64,000 nucleotides of DNA from Eledone cirrhosa (taxonomy: Eukaryota), in contig OZ024762.1 in assembly GCA_964016885.1 (NCBI GenBank), positions 23,994,001-24,058,000 of the forward strand, written 5' to 3'. The translations under genes and the position numbers were made by a program. This document shows, piece by piece, positions 53,784 to 64,000 of this stretch. Each line of letters begins with the position of its first letter. Position 1 is the first letter of the stretch. The notes beneath the pieces were generated by a model. The model saw only the letters and a program-made list of their open reading frames with translations. It did not search any database and was not told the origin of the DNA.

Positions 53784-54359
53784 TATATATATATGTGTGT
53801 GTGTGTGTGAGTCTGTCTTCAATCTCTCTATTTCGTCTTTAATTTCTCATTCTATCTTCTGATGAAGGCGTCTGAAACATTAAGACTCTCTTCCTGCCAT
53901 TTCAAGCGGTAAACTAGAATATTCTCTCCATCTACTACACCGTTTGTAAATAATTTAATGTAATTTAATCCTGGTTATTTTTATTCAATTTATATATGCT
54001 CTGTGATATGAAAGTACTGTGATTGGAAATTTACCAATTGGATTAAACTGTGAACTGTCTTGTACCTATCGTGCTGTGGATTATAAAATCGTGTTTGAGC
54101 TTTGAATTATTCTTTGCCTTTATATGGTTGTGTTATCAATTATTGTCAACTCGTCTAAACTTCTATATCATCATCATCACTGTTTTACGTCCATTCTTCC
54201 ATGCTAGCCTGGGTTGCATGGGTTGTCCTGTTGTGGGCGGGCAGTGCCAGGTTGGGTGACCCTATCATGCCCATACGGGAACTGATTTTGGCTTGACTTC
54301 TACAGCTGGATGCCCTTCCTAACACCAACCTCATTTACAGTGAGTGCTTATATATATAT

Positions 54360-54457
54360 GGCTTCTACAGGACTAGAACTGTTTCGTTTGAAAGAAATCA
54401 TCAGGAAAGCCGTTTGATTTCTTTTTAATGAAACAGTTCTAGTCCTGTAGAAGCCAT
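54360..54457. repeat. Family-B palindrome with hammerhead-like core on the minus strand
   Basis: ggctttc-CTGATGA...GAAA-cag..ctg-TA-gaagcc on minus strand; weak stem II. Confidence 0.65.
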
Positions 54458-54556
54458 TTCTATATTAGATTTGTTATATACACTCTACTAATTTATTGAG
54501 TACTTTACTTACTGTGGTTCCCCCCAATTGACCCAGACTCTCGCACACACACACAC

Positions 54557-54590
<34 letters not shown>

Positions 54591-54622
54591 GTCAAAATCT
54601 TTTCCTGAGTTCAGTTATTTTC

Positions 54623-54636
54623 GTTGCTATGGCAAT
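54623..54636. promoter_or_regulatory. RFX X-box-like motif (imperfect)
   Basis: GTTGCTATGGCAAT in unique island 54590-54790. Confidence 0.25.
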
Positions 54637-54794
54637 GTGGCCAGACTATCGGTCGCTATATTTGATTTGCAAAGCTGTCTAAAAGTATTATTATAACTCT
54701 GGGGTAATATTCTCCTTCGAGTGCTAAGCTGCATTCAGAATCTGCATTCATTAGCTTGGGCCGCTGCCAAAAGCTTCGTTGATGCTGTACTAAA

Positions 54795-54827
<33 letters not shown>

Positions 54828-54828
<1 letters not shown>

Positions 54829-55428
54829 CATCATCGTTTAACGTTCATTTTCCACGCTAGCATGGGTCTGGACGGGAATTGTCCCACTTGAGGCAAGATT
54901 GGTTGTCTTGCTCGTATAGGACTGTCTGGCGGGTTTTCTACGGCTGGATGTCTTTCCTAACACCAACCACGTTTACAGTGTGGACTGCGAGCTTTTTACC
55001 GTGTTACCTACACGGCCACATTACAGCGTGGACTGTGTGTTTTTTTTGTCGTGACACCTACACGACCTCATTTATTTAGGACTGGATGGTGTGGTACCAA
55101 CATAACTTCACATTGAAGGGGGTGGTGTGGATGAGGTGGGGGTAGTGGGACAGGGGTGTATTTGGTTAAGCGGTGCCTACTGACTGTAGTAGGTTTCGCT
55201 TTGTACTTAGGCAAGGCGAATCTTCTGTATTACTGTGTAGCGCCAAAGATCTCGGTCCAGTGACATTGTCTTGGAGAGGTGTAAGTGTGTGAGGTGAGAT
55301 TTTATCAAGTCGTGCCAGGTTTTTCTCGGTCTGCCTACTCCATGGCTACCGTCTATTTTTATTGCCCTGCACTTTTTTATACAGCTGTCATCTTTCATGC
55401 GCATCACGTGACCATACCAACGTAGTCT
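54828..55428 (-). mobile_element. RTE LINE 3' end
   Basis: RLRWYGHVMRMKDDSC...GRPRKTW; single-copy version of the UTR amplified at 2439-3420. Confidence 0.9.
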
Positions 55429-55471
55429 GGTTATATATATATATAACAGTTTTGTAGCTTGCTTGAAGCAG

Positions 55472-55526
55472 ATGTAAAGAGAGAGGAGTAGTATGAGGTA
55501 GTGACACTACTCCTCTCTCTTTACAT
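55472..55526. repeat. Perfect 21-bp-arm hairpin
   Basis: atgtaaagagagaggagtagt-13 nt-actactcctctctctttacat. Confidence 0.8.
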
Positions 55527-56439
55527 GTTGTGTTAGAATCCCAGAAATTTATATATAGATTGTTGGCTTTGCTTTCAGAATGTATTATTTGTATATAGAG
55601 ACATTGAATAATTGCTTAGCGTTTGTTCTAGGTATATTTGCATTCAAATTTATGTATTTGATGGTCCTACTTGCTTATTTGCATATATATAGGGTGTCCC
55701 CCAAAAATGTATTCACACTTCGCCAGCATTCTTATCAGAGTTTTATGTATTTTTTGGGACACTCTGTATATATATATGAAATAAACATTATGACAGATGT
55801 TGCTTAATTATATGAATATGTGTTAGTGTTTATTCCTTACATAGAAATTTCATTGTTTGATTGCCACCTGTATGATGAATAGATACAACTGACGTAGAGT
55901 GTTTTTTTCTGTTTACACCTGTTATCAATGAGACGTTTCTACACAACCTTACAGATAATCAACAAAGTAACTAGTAACTATATATATATGTCCAACTCTT
56001 ACTAGCAAGGAAAGGGGACATTGAAACCACGATGACGATGATATGTGTGTGTATCATCATCACTGTTAAATGTCCATTTTTCCATGCTAGCATGGGTTAG
56101 ACGAGTTGTCCTGTTGTGAGCAATGCCAGGTCAGGTGACCATATCTTGCTCATACAGAACTGATTTTGGCTTGGTTTCTACAGCTGGATGACCCTCCTAA
56201 TGCCAACCACATTTACATTGTGGACTGGATGCTTTTTGTTGTGATACCTACACAACCTCTATTACAGTAAGGGCTGGGAGTTTTTGTCGTGACACCTACA
56301 CAACCACATTACAGTGTGGGCTGAAGGCTTCACTGGATGTATGTGTATATATGTGAATGTGTGTATATATGTGTGTGTAAAAATGATGGTTGTGATGAGG
56401 TGTATATGGAAGTAAATAAAATATATTTGTTTATAGTAA

Positions 56440-56645
56440 ACATTCATAAGTCTTCCCCACAGCCTATTAACCCACTTCATTATATCGCCGAATCTACCGC
56501 ATCCATCTCCATCCACCTCCAACTGTGGAGAAATCCCACAAAATCCAGCAAGCGCCCTCTCCCTGTTGTCCTCCTTCAATACTATAGGCACATGTTCAGG
56601 GCAGACCCATTCACATGGGCCATGCTTACCCCCTCTCACCCACCT
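56440..56645 (-). mobile_element. Tx1/L1-like LINE 3' fragment
   Basis: RWVR..SMAHVNGSALNMCL*, homologous to 6806-7200. Confidence 0.55.
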
Positions 56646-56652
56646 TATAATA

Positions 56653-57430
56653 ATAATTGTTTCTACTTTTGGCACAAGGCCAGCAATTTACCCCAGTGTA
56701 TTACTGGTACTTTATTTTATTGACCCCCGTAAGGATGAAAAGCAAAGTTAACCTCGGCGGGATTTGAACTCAGACCATAAAGGGCCGTAACTCTATGCGT
56801 CAAAGCATGGTGTCTAACCCTCTACCGATACTGCCAATCCACCGCCCTAATAACAATAATAATAATATTGTTTTCTGATTCAGGCACAAGGCCATCAATG
56901 ATTGGGGAGGAGAAAGTCGATTAAATCGAGCCCAGTACATTACCGGTATTCGGCAGGGTTTCAAATCAGACTATAAAGGGCCGTAACTCTATGCTGCAAA
57001 GCATGGCGTCCGACCCTCTACCGATACTGCCAATCCACTATATAATAATAATTTCATGTGTGAACCTGTATTAAGTAAAAGACGACTGTTATAATTGATA
57101 TTTGGGTCCAATAACCTTAAATCTATAAAGAATCATTCAATTACAAAAAGCTAGTCTGACAAATGTGTCCAAACATGGAAGAACTCCCATTGTCATCGCC
57201 TCCATATTGGTTTCTTTTATAGGCACAAGGCCAACAATTTTTGGGGAAGGGAAAGTCGATTAAATCGACCATCCCCAGTGCGTGACTGGTACTTTATTTC
57301 ATCGACCCCGTAAGGATGAAGGGCAAAGTTAACCTCGGCGGGATTTGAACTCGGATCACAAAGGGCCGTAACTCTATGCTGCAAAGCATGGCGTCCGACC
57401 CTCTACCAATACTGCCAATCCACCGCCCTT
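56653..57430 (-). mobile_element. Three SINE S1 copies (56653-56848, 56870-57040, 57207-57430)
   Basis: Homology to S1. Confidence 0.85.
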
Positions 57431-57547
57431 CATCGCCTCCATGATAATAATAATAATAATAATAATAATAGTTATACTTTGGGAGGGTCATGCTGCCAAT
57501 AATAATAATGTTTAAACCACAAGGGTTGACACAAAGTATAACATTAA

Positions 57548-59730
57548 GGACAACACAGGACGGTACAGGAGGGTACAGGACAGCTCAGGAGGGTACAGGA
57601 CAGCACAAGATGGTACAGGCGGTGCAGGACAGCTCAGGACAGCACAGGACAGCACAGGAGGGTACAGGACAGCACAGGAGGGTACAGGACAGCACAGGAG
57701 GGTACATGACAGCACAGGACGGTACAGGACAGCACAGGACGGTACAGGACAGCACAGGAGGGTACAGGACAGCACAGGAGGGTACAGGACAGCTCAGGAT
57801 GGTACAGGACAGCACAGGATGGTACAGGACAGGAGGGTACAGGACAGCACAGGAGGGTACAGGACAGCACAAGATGGTACAGGCGGTGCAGGACAGCTCA
57901 GGACAGCACAGGACAGCACAGGAGGGTACAGGACAGCTCAGGACAGCACAGGACAGCACAGGAGGGTACAGGACAGCACAGGAGGGTACAGGACAGCACA
58001 GGAGGGTAAAGGACAGCACTGGAGGGTACAGCACAGGAGGGTACAGGACAGCACAGGAGGGTACAGGACAGCACAGGAGGGTACAGGACAGCACAGGAGG
58101 GTACAGGACAGCACTGGAGGGTACAGGACAGCACAGGAGGGTACAGGACAGCACAGGAGGGTACAGGACAGCACAGGAGGGTACAGGACAGCACTGGAGG
58201 GTACAGGACAGCACTGGAGGGTACAGGACAGCACTGGAGGGTATAGGACAGCACAGGAGGGTACAGGACAGCACTGGAGGGTACAGGACAGCACAGGAGG
58301 GTACAGGACAGCACTGGAGGGTATAGGACAGCACTGGAGGGTACAGGACAGCACAGGAGGGTACAGGACAGCACTGGAGGGTACAGGACAGCACAGGAGG
58401 GTACAGGACAGCACTGGAGGGTACAGGACAGCACAGGAGGGTACAGGACGGCACAGGAGGGTAAAGGACACCACAGGAGGGTACAGGACAGCACTGGAGG
58501 GTACAGGACAGCAGATGAGGGTATAGGACAGTACAGGAGGGTACAGGACAGCACAGAAGGGTACAGGACAGCACAGGATGGTACAGGACAGCACAGGAGG
58601 GTACAGGACAGCACAGGAGGGTACAGGTCAGCACAGGAGGGTACAGGACAGCACAGGAGGGTACAGGACGGCACAGGAGGGTACAGGACACCACAGGAGG
58701 GTACAGGACAGCACTGGAGGGTACAGGACAGCACAGGAGGGTACAGGACAGCAGATGAGGGTACAGGACAGTACAGGAGGGTACAGGACAGCACAGGATG
58801 GTACAGGACAGCACAGGATGGTACAGGACAGCACAGGATGGTACAGGACAGCACAGGAGGGTACAGGACAGCAGATGAGGGTACAGGACAGTACAGGAGG
58901 GTACAGGACAGCACAGGAGGGTACAGGACAGCATAGGAGGGTACAGGACAGCACAGGATGGTACAGGACAGCACAGGAGGGTACAGGACAGCACAGGAGG
59001 GTACAGGACAGCACAGGATGGTACAGGACAGCACAGGAGGGTACAGGACAGCAGATGAGGGTACAGGACAGTACAGGAGGGTACAGGACAGCACAGGAGG
59101 GTACAGGACAGCATAGGAGGGTACAGGACAGCACAGGAGGGTACAGGACAGCAGATGAGGGTACAGGACAGTACAGGAGGGTACAGGACAGCACAGGATG
59201 GTACAGGACAGCACAGGAGGGTACAGGACAGCACAGGAGGGTACAGGACAGCAGATGAGGGTACAGGACAGTACAGGAGGGTACAGGACAGCACAGGATG
59301 GTACAGGACAGCACAGGAGGGTACAGGACAGCACAGGAGGGTACAGGACAGCAGATGAGGGTATAGGACAGTACAGGAGGGTACAGGACAGCACAGGATG
59401 GTACAGGACAGCACAGGAGGGTACAGGACAGCACAGGACGGTGCAGGACAGCACAGGAGGGTACAGGACAGCACAGGAGGGTACAGGACAGCAGATGAGG
59501 GTACAGGACAGTACAGGAGGGTACAGGACAGCACAGGATGGTACAGGACAGCACAGGAGGGTACAGGACAGCACAGGAGGGTACAGGACAGCAGATGAGG
59601 GTACAGGACAGTACAGGAGGGTACAGGACAGCACAGGATGGTACAGGACAGCACAGGAGGGTACAGGACAGCACAGGACGGTGCAGGACAGCACAGGAGG
59701 GTACAGGACAGCACTGGAGGGTACAGGACG
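57548..59730. repeat. 20-bp minisatellite, more than 100 copies, with higher-order variants
   Basis: Unit ggacagcacaggagggtaca; recurring gcagatgagg/gtacagg/ggatgg variants. Confidence 0.95.
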
Positions 59731-60040
59731 GTTCAAATGGGTATTTCTGCATGTAAAAAAAACAAAAACAAAGGATGTAACACAAAGAAAAAATGAAACA
59801 AAGGAAAATTCCCCAATAGGGGTGAGACCTCTGAGGGTCACTCATGGAGAAAGCCCATTTAAAAAAGCCATGGTAACCCTGACCACCAGAGCAAGTGCCC
59901 TCTACCAGTTTTCCACCTCCAATCTACAGGCAGCATACACAAAGCAGGCCCATTCACTCGAGCCATGCTCGCCTCTCTCATGCATCCTTCAACAAATTGC
60001 TGGGAAGGGAGCCCCTCCCTCTCCACCCTGATTTTTAAGA
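59730..60040 (-). mobile_element. Tx1/L1-like LINE 3' end
   Basis: LKIRVEREGLPSQQFVE...ASMARVNGPAL, homologous to 6806-7200. Confidence 0.6.
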
Positions 60041-60295
60041 AGAAGAAGAAGAAGAAGAATAAGAAGAAATACATAAACTACCCCCCCCCCTCCTTCTAAG
60101 ACATCTGTTTGTAAGTTTGAAAGAAACGTGAAGTTATTTGGTTAGATTGGAAACAGGAAGCTGACTGATAGATTGTGTGGGTGGGGGTGTTGTGGTGCTG
60201 GTGGGGTAGGGGTGGCGGGGTGGTAGTGATGATGCACAAATACACACATCTATATATATATATATATACATATATATACATATATACATATATAT

Positions 60296-60328
<33 letters not shown>

Positions 60329-60845
60329 TATATATACATATATACATATATATGTGTGTGTATATATATATATATATTGGTGGTGGTTGTGGTGGGGTTA
60401 GTGATGGTGGTGGCTCTAACGATGGTATTGCCTGTGGTGGGAGTTTTGGTCGGGGGTGGGGGATGTTGGTAGTGATGGTAGTAATGGTGGGGTCTGGTGG
60501 TGGTGGGTAATTTGGGGTGGTGATAGAGATGATAACAGTGGCAGTGATGGTGGTGGTGTTGGGTGTGGTGATCGCACTCACACACACACACGCGCACACA
60601 TACACACACACACACACCAAAGAACCACCAACACCACTGCATACCAAAAGACTATAATTTAATGCTAACAAGATGGTTGAAGAATCTTGAGATTCTGCTT
60701 CCAAAGTTGATTGACCCACCCACTATCCCTACCATACACACTCTCTCTCTCGCTCTCTCTATATATATATATATATGTATATACAATCACACATATATAC
60801 ACACACACACATACATACACACACATATATATATATATATATATA

Positions 60846-60924
60846 AATGGCTTGCACAAGACTAGAACTGTTTCATTCAATGGAAATCATCAATGAAACA
60901 GTTCTAGTCCTGTAGAAGCCATTT
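60846..60924. repeat. Family-B palindrome, collapsed
   Basis: aatggctt..actagaactgtttcatt...aatgaaacagttctagt..aagccatt. Confidence 0.75.
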
Positions 60925-61181
60925 CTATAATAAATCTTGTATATACTCGACTATGTATTGACTACCTTACTTACTATGGTTACCCCTGATTGATATATAT
61001 ATTGATTTATATTATAACATGAAGGAAGTGTGGTAAGTAACCAGGTGGACCATAACTCACCAAAGTACTCAATACTGGGTAGTAGAGTGGGTAATGGGAA
61101 AAGTGTCAGGACCCCGACGGCTGAGCTCCGGCCATTTCGACAGCTAGATCTGAACAGTTCAGTCGGGGTCCTGACTCTTTT

Positions 61182-61224
<43 letters not shown>

Positions 61225-61250
61225 ATGTAATAAACAACATAAGGCAATTA

Positions 61251-61310
61251 TTCCATTTACCAGTGGTTTCTTAAAAGCAAAAGATTTTGCTTTCAATCCT
61301 CAGAATGAAA
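61251..61310 (-). ncRNA. Type I hammerhead ribozyme motif, family E
   Basis: Mirror of 61333-61392. Confidence 0.7.
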
Positions 61311-61332
61311 AAATCCTGGTCGACCAGGATTT

Positions 61333-61392
61333 TTTCATTCTGAGGATTGAAAGCAAAATCTTTTGCTTTTAAGAAACCACTGGTAAATGGAA
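61333..61392 (+). ncRNA. Type I hammerhead ribozyme motif, family E
   Basis: tttcatt-CTGAGGA-ttgaaagcaaaa tc ttttgcttttaa-GAAA-cc act gg-TA-aatggaa. Confidence 0.75.
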
Positions 61393-61617
61393 TAATTGCC
61401 TTATGTTGTTTATTACATAATAATAATTAAGCTCTGTTACCTACATAGAGCACTCTTTTTTCCTGGACTTTTCCGACGGAATTACTTCATGGTCTATTCA
61501 ATTTGTTGGTAATTCAACAAATATATATTTATAACAGATTCGAAGCACTCAACTGGTTTTCTGGAGTATAATATCAATGATATTAATAAATGGAAAGTAT
61601 ATTTATAAAACCATATT

Positions 61618-61678
61618 TATTCTATTATATATATTTCAAGGGTACCAAAACTTTGGTACGCTCTCATCAGATAAAATA
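61618..61678 (-). ncRNA. Type I hammerhead ribozyme motif, family A
   Basis: tattttat-CTGATGA-gagcgtacca aagttt tggtaccctt-GAAA-tatata-TA-atagaata; left arm of palindrome 61613-61867. Confidence 0.75.
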
Positions 61679-61801
61679 CAAAGTTTGTTTTATAAATAGT
61701 GACATATCCAGGAAGGAGATCGTAACGGTTCAAGTTCCATTTCAACTTGAACCGTTAAGGTCTCATTCCTGGGTATGTCAATATTTATAAAACAAATTTT
61801 G

Positions 61802-61862
61802 TATTTTATCTGATGAAAGCGTACCAAAGTTTTGGTACCCTTGAAATATATATAATAGAATA
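61802..61862 (+). ncRNA. Type I hammerhead ribozyme motif, family A
   Basis: tattttat-CTGATGA-aagcgtacca aagttt tggtaccctt-GAAA-tatata-TA-atagaata. Confidence 0.8.
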
Positions 61863-61919
61863 AATATATATATATATATGGAGGAAGTTATAGTTCACTT
61901 GAAGCATTGTGTAATGAGG

Positions 61920-62179
61920 TATAAACGTTTGTATATGTATAATAAAGCCAAAACAATGCAGGTATGGACATAGAATAATGACTTGGCAAGCTATTTAGAA
62001 CACTGGTTTAACCGCTTTACTTCCCTCCGAAGAAGAGATATTATCTCGAAAATTAAGGACATTTAAATAAATCTAAGGTAAAAGACTAATTGTCAACAAT
62101 ATCTTTTGCATTTGCATTCTTTATTCTATGTCCATACCTGCATTGTTTTGGCTTTATTATACATATACAAACGTTTATA
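61920..62179. repeat. Inverted repeat (59-bp perfect arms, ~140-bp spacer with degenerate hammerhead-like motif)
   Basis: tataaacgtttgtatatgt...tagaataa mirrored at 62121-62179; spacer cct-CCGAAGA-agagatattatctc-GAAA-at-TA-agg. Confidence 0.85.
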
Positions 62180-62631
62180 TATATATATATACACATATAC
62201 ACAGAGTGCAGCATCTTTTCACACATTGTGATTCTTTGTTATCTCCTCTGTGAGTCTCAGTGATTTGAGATCAGCTCTCACAACCTCTGCCCACATCTTT
62301 CTTGGTCTTCCTCTACTGCAGCTTCCTTCCACTGGCACTTTTTGTTCAAACTGGCCATAACTGGCTGCTCAAATTGATGTTCAGGTATTATTCTAAAAAT
62401 AAATAGTATCAAAATCTCATGGATTTGATATTATGTGCGATAAGTATGTGAGATAATGCCTTTACCGTGAAAATATAATAGTAAATATAATGTAAATACT
62501 ATGTGATATTATGTGAGGTATTTTGTGAGTTAAAGCCTTTACCGTGAAAATATAATAGTAAATATAGAGTAATGTAAATGTTATGTGGGATATGTGAGTT
62601 AAAGCCTTTGCCTTGAAAATATAATAGTATA

Positions 62632-63340
62632 CGCAGACTGGAAAGGAATGAAGCATGCATGCTCCGTTGGATGTGTAATAGTTATATACGTGAACGGCAA
62701 AGCATAAATGAACTAAGTGAGAAATTAGGAATAAGAGGGATCAGATGCTGTTTACTTGAGAGAAGACTACGTTGGTATGGCCACGTGATGCGCATGAAAG
62801 ACGACAGCTTTATAAAAAAGTGCAGGGCGATCAAAATTGATGGTAGTTACGGAGTAGGTAAACCCAGAAAAACTTGGGACGATTTGATAAATTCCGACCT
62901 TACACACTTGCACCTCTCTAAGACAATATCACTGGACCGAGATCTTTGGCGCTACGCAGTATTACAGAAGACCCGCCTTGCCTATGTACAAAGCGAAACC
63001 TACAGTCAGTAGGTACCTCTTAACTAAATATACACCCCAATCCACCCACTCCCACCAACACCACCCTCTCTCTGTAAAGTAGGTACCACAGCATCCAGTT
63101 CAAATAAATGAGATTATGAGATCGAGATCGTGTAGGTGTCACGACAAAAGAAAAAAAAAAAACACACAGTCCACGCTGTAATGTGGCCGTGTAGGTAACA
63201 TGGTAAAAAGTTCCCAGTTCCACACTGTAAACGTGGTTGGTGTTAGGAAGGGCATCCAGCCGTAGAAAACCTGCCAGATAGTCCTATATGACCGAGACAC
63301 GGTCACAAGATGGTCGTTAAACGAAGATGATGATGATGAT
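62632..63340 (+). mobile_element. RTE LINE 3' end, inserted into piggyBac-like MITE/array
   Basis: ERNEACMLRWMC...RRLRWYGHVMRM...GKPRKTW; (GAT)n tail. Confidence 0.9.
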
Positions 63341-63869
63341 ATAGAGTAATGTAAATGTTATGTGAGATATTATGTGAGGCAAAGCCTTTACTGTGAAAAT
63401 ACAATAGTATATATAGAGTAATGTAAATGCTATGTGAGATATTATGTGAGGTAAAGCCTTTACTGTGAAAATACAATAGTATATATAGAGTAATGTAAAT
63501 GTTATGTGAGATATTATGTGAGGTAAAGCCTTTACTGTGACAATACAATAGTATATATAGAGTAATGTAAATGTTATGTGAGATATTATGTGAGGTAAAG
63601 CCTTTACCGTGAAAATACAATAGTATATATAGAGTAATGTAAATGTTATGTGAGATATTATGTGGGGTAAAGCCTTTACCGTGAAAATACAATAGTATAT
63701 ATAGAGTAATGTAAATGTTATGTGAGATATTATGTGGGGTAAAGCTTTTACCGTGAAAATACAATAGTATATATAAAGTAATGTAAATGTTATGTGAGAT
63801 ATTATGTGAGGTAAAGCCTTTACCGTGAAAATACAATAGTATATATAGAGTAATGTAAATGCTAAAGGA
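63341..63869. repeat. 7x 72-bp array from the right end of the piggyBac-like MITE
   Basis: Unit matches ~4815-4880; array ends with TIR TAAATGCTAAAGGA|TTAA; MITE body begins ~62340. Confidence 0.85.
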
Positions 63870-64000
63870 TTAAATCCAGTTTCAAATATATACTGTTTTA
63901 GCATAAAATATTTGTGATTTGTAAATTAATAAATGATTTTCCTATTCTATAATTAAATAATAATAATTTGTTTATCTATCTATTTATTTATTTATTTATC

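Larger units (their letters stand above)
61218..61425. repeat. Perfect 208-bp palindrome, no spacer
   Basis: Centre ...aatcctggtc|gaccaggatt... at 61321/61322. Confidence 0.95.

Noticed and set aside
55494-55502. let-7-like TGAGGTAGT
   Set aside because: Only 9 nt and located in the hairpin loop, not an arm
56262-56723. 137-aa and 128-aa ORFs
   Set aside because: Run through SINE, LINE 3' end and microsatellite
57490-60031. Long Cys-rich and Gly/Thr/Gln-rich ORFs (up to 709 aa)
   Set aside because: Translations of a 20-bp minisatellite, open in several frames on both strands

Overview
Eukaryotic, repeat-saturated non-coding DNA. The SINE/RTE families and extreme microsatellite load look like an octopod cephalopod (inference from family resemblance, not a database hit). 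Almost all listed ORFs are artefacts of microsatellites, satellites or decayed LINEs. Contents: more than 20 copies of a tRNA-derived SINE, a second CORE-type SINE, 3' fragments of RTE, CR1, Tx1/L1-like and CRE-like LINEs, several MITE families with visible TSDs (TTAA, TA, 8 bp, 6 bp), and about 12 tandem arrays, most amplified from pieces of those elements. There are also a few candidate minus-strand exons and RFX X-box-like motifs. The most striking signal is a set of small type I hammerhead ribozyme motifs (CUGANGA...GAAA...UH) from at least three unrelated sequence families, with compensatory changes in stem II. Most sit in 80-280 bp palindromes or fold-backs, including a cluster at 60.8-62.2 kb, and no Penelope RT/GIY-YIG ORF is present in the window.
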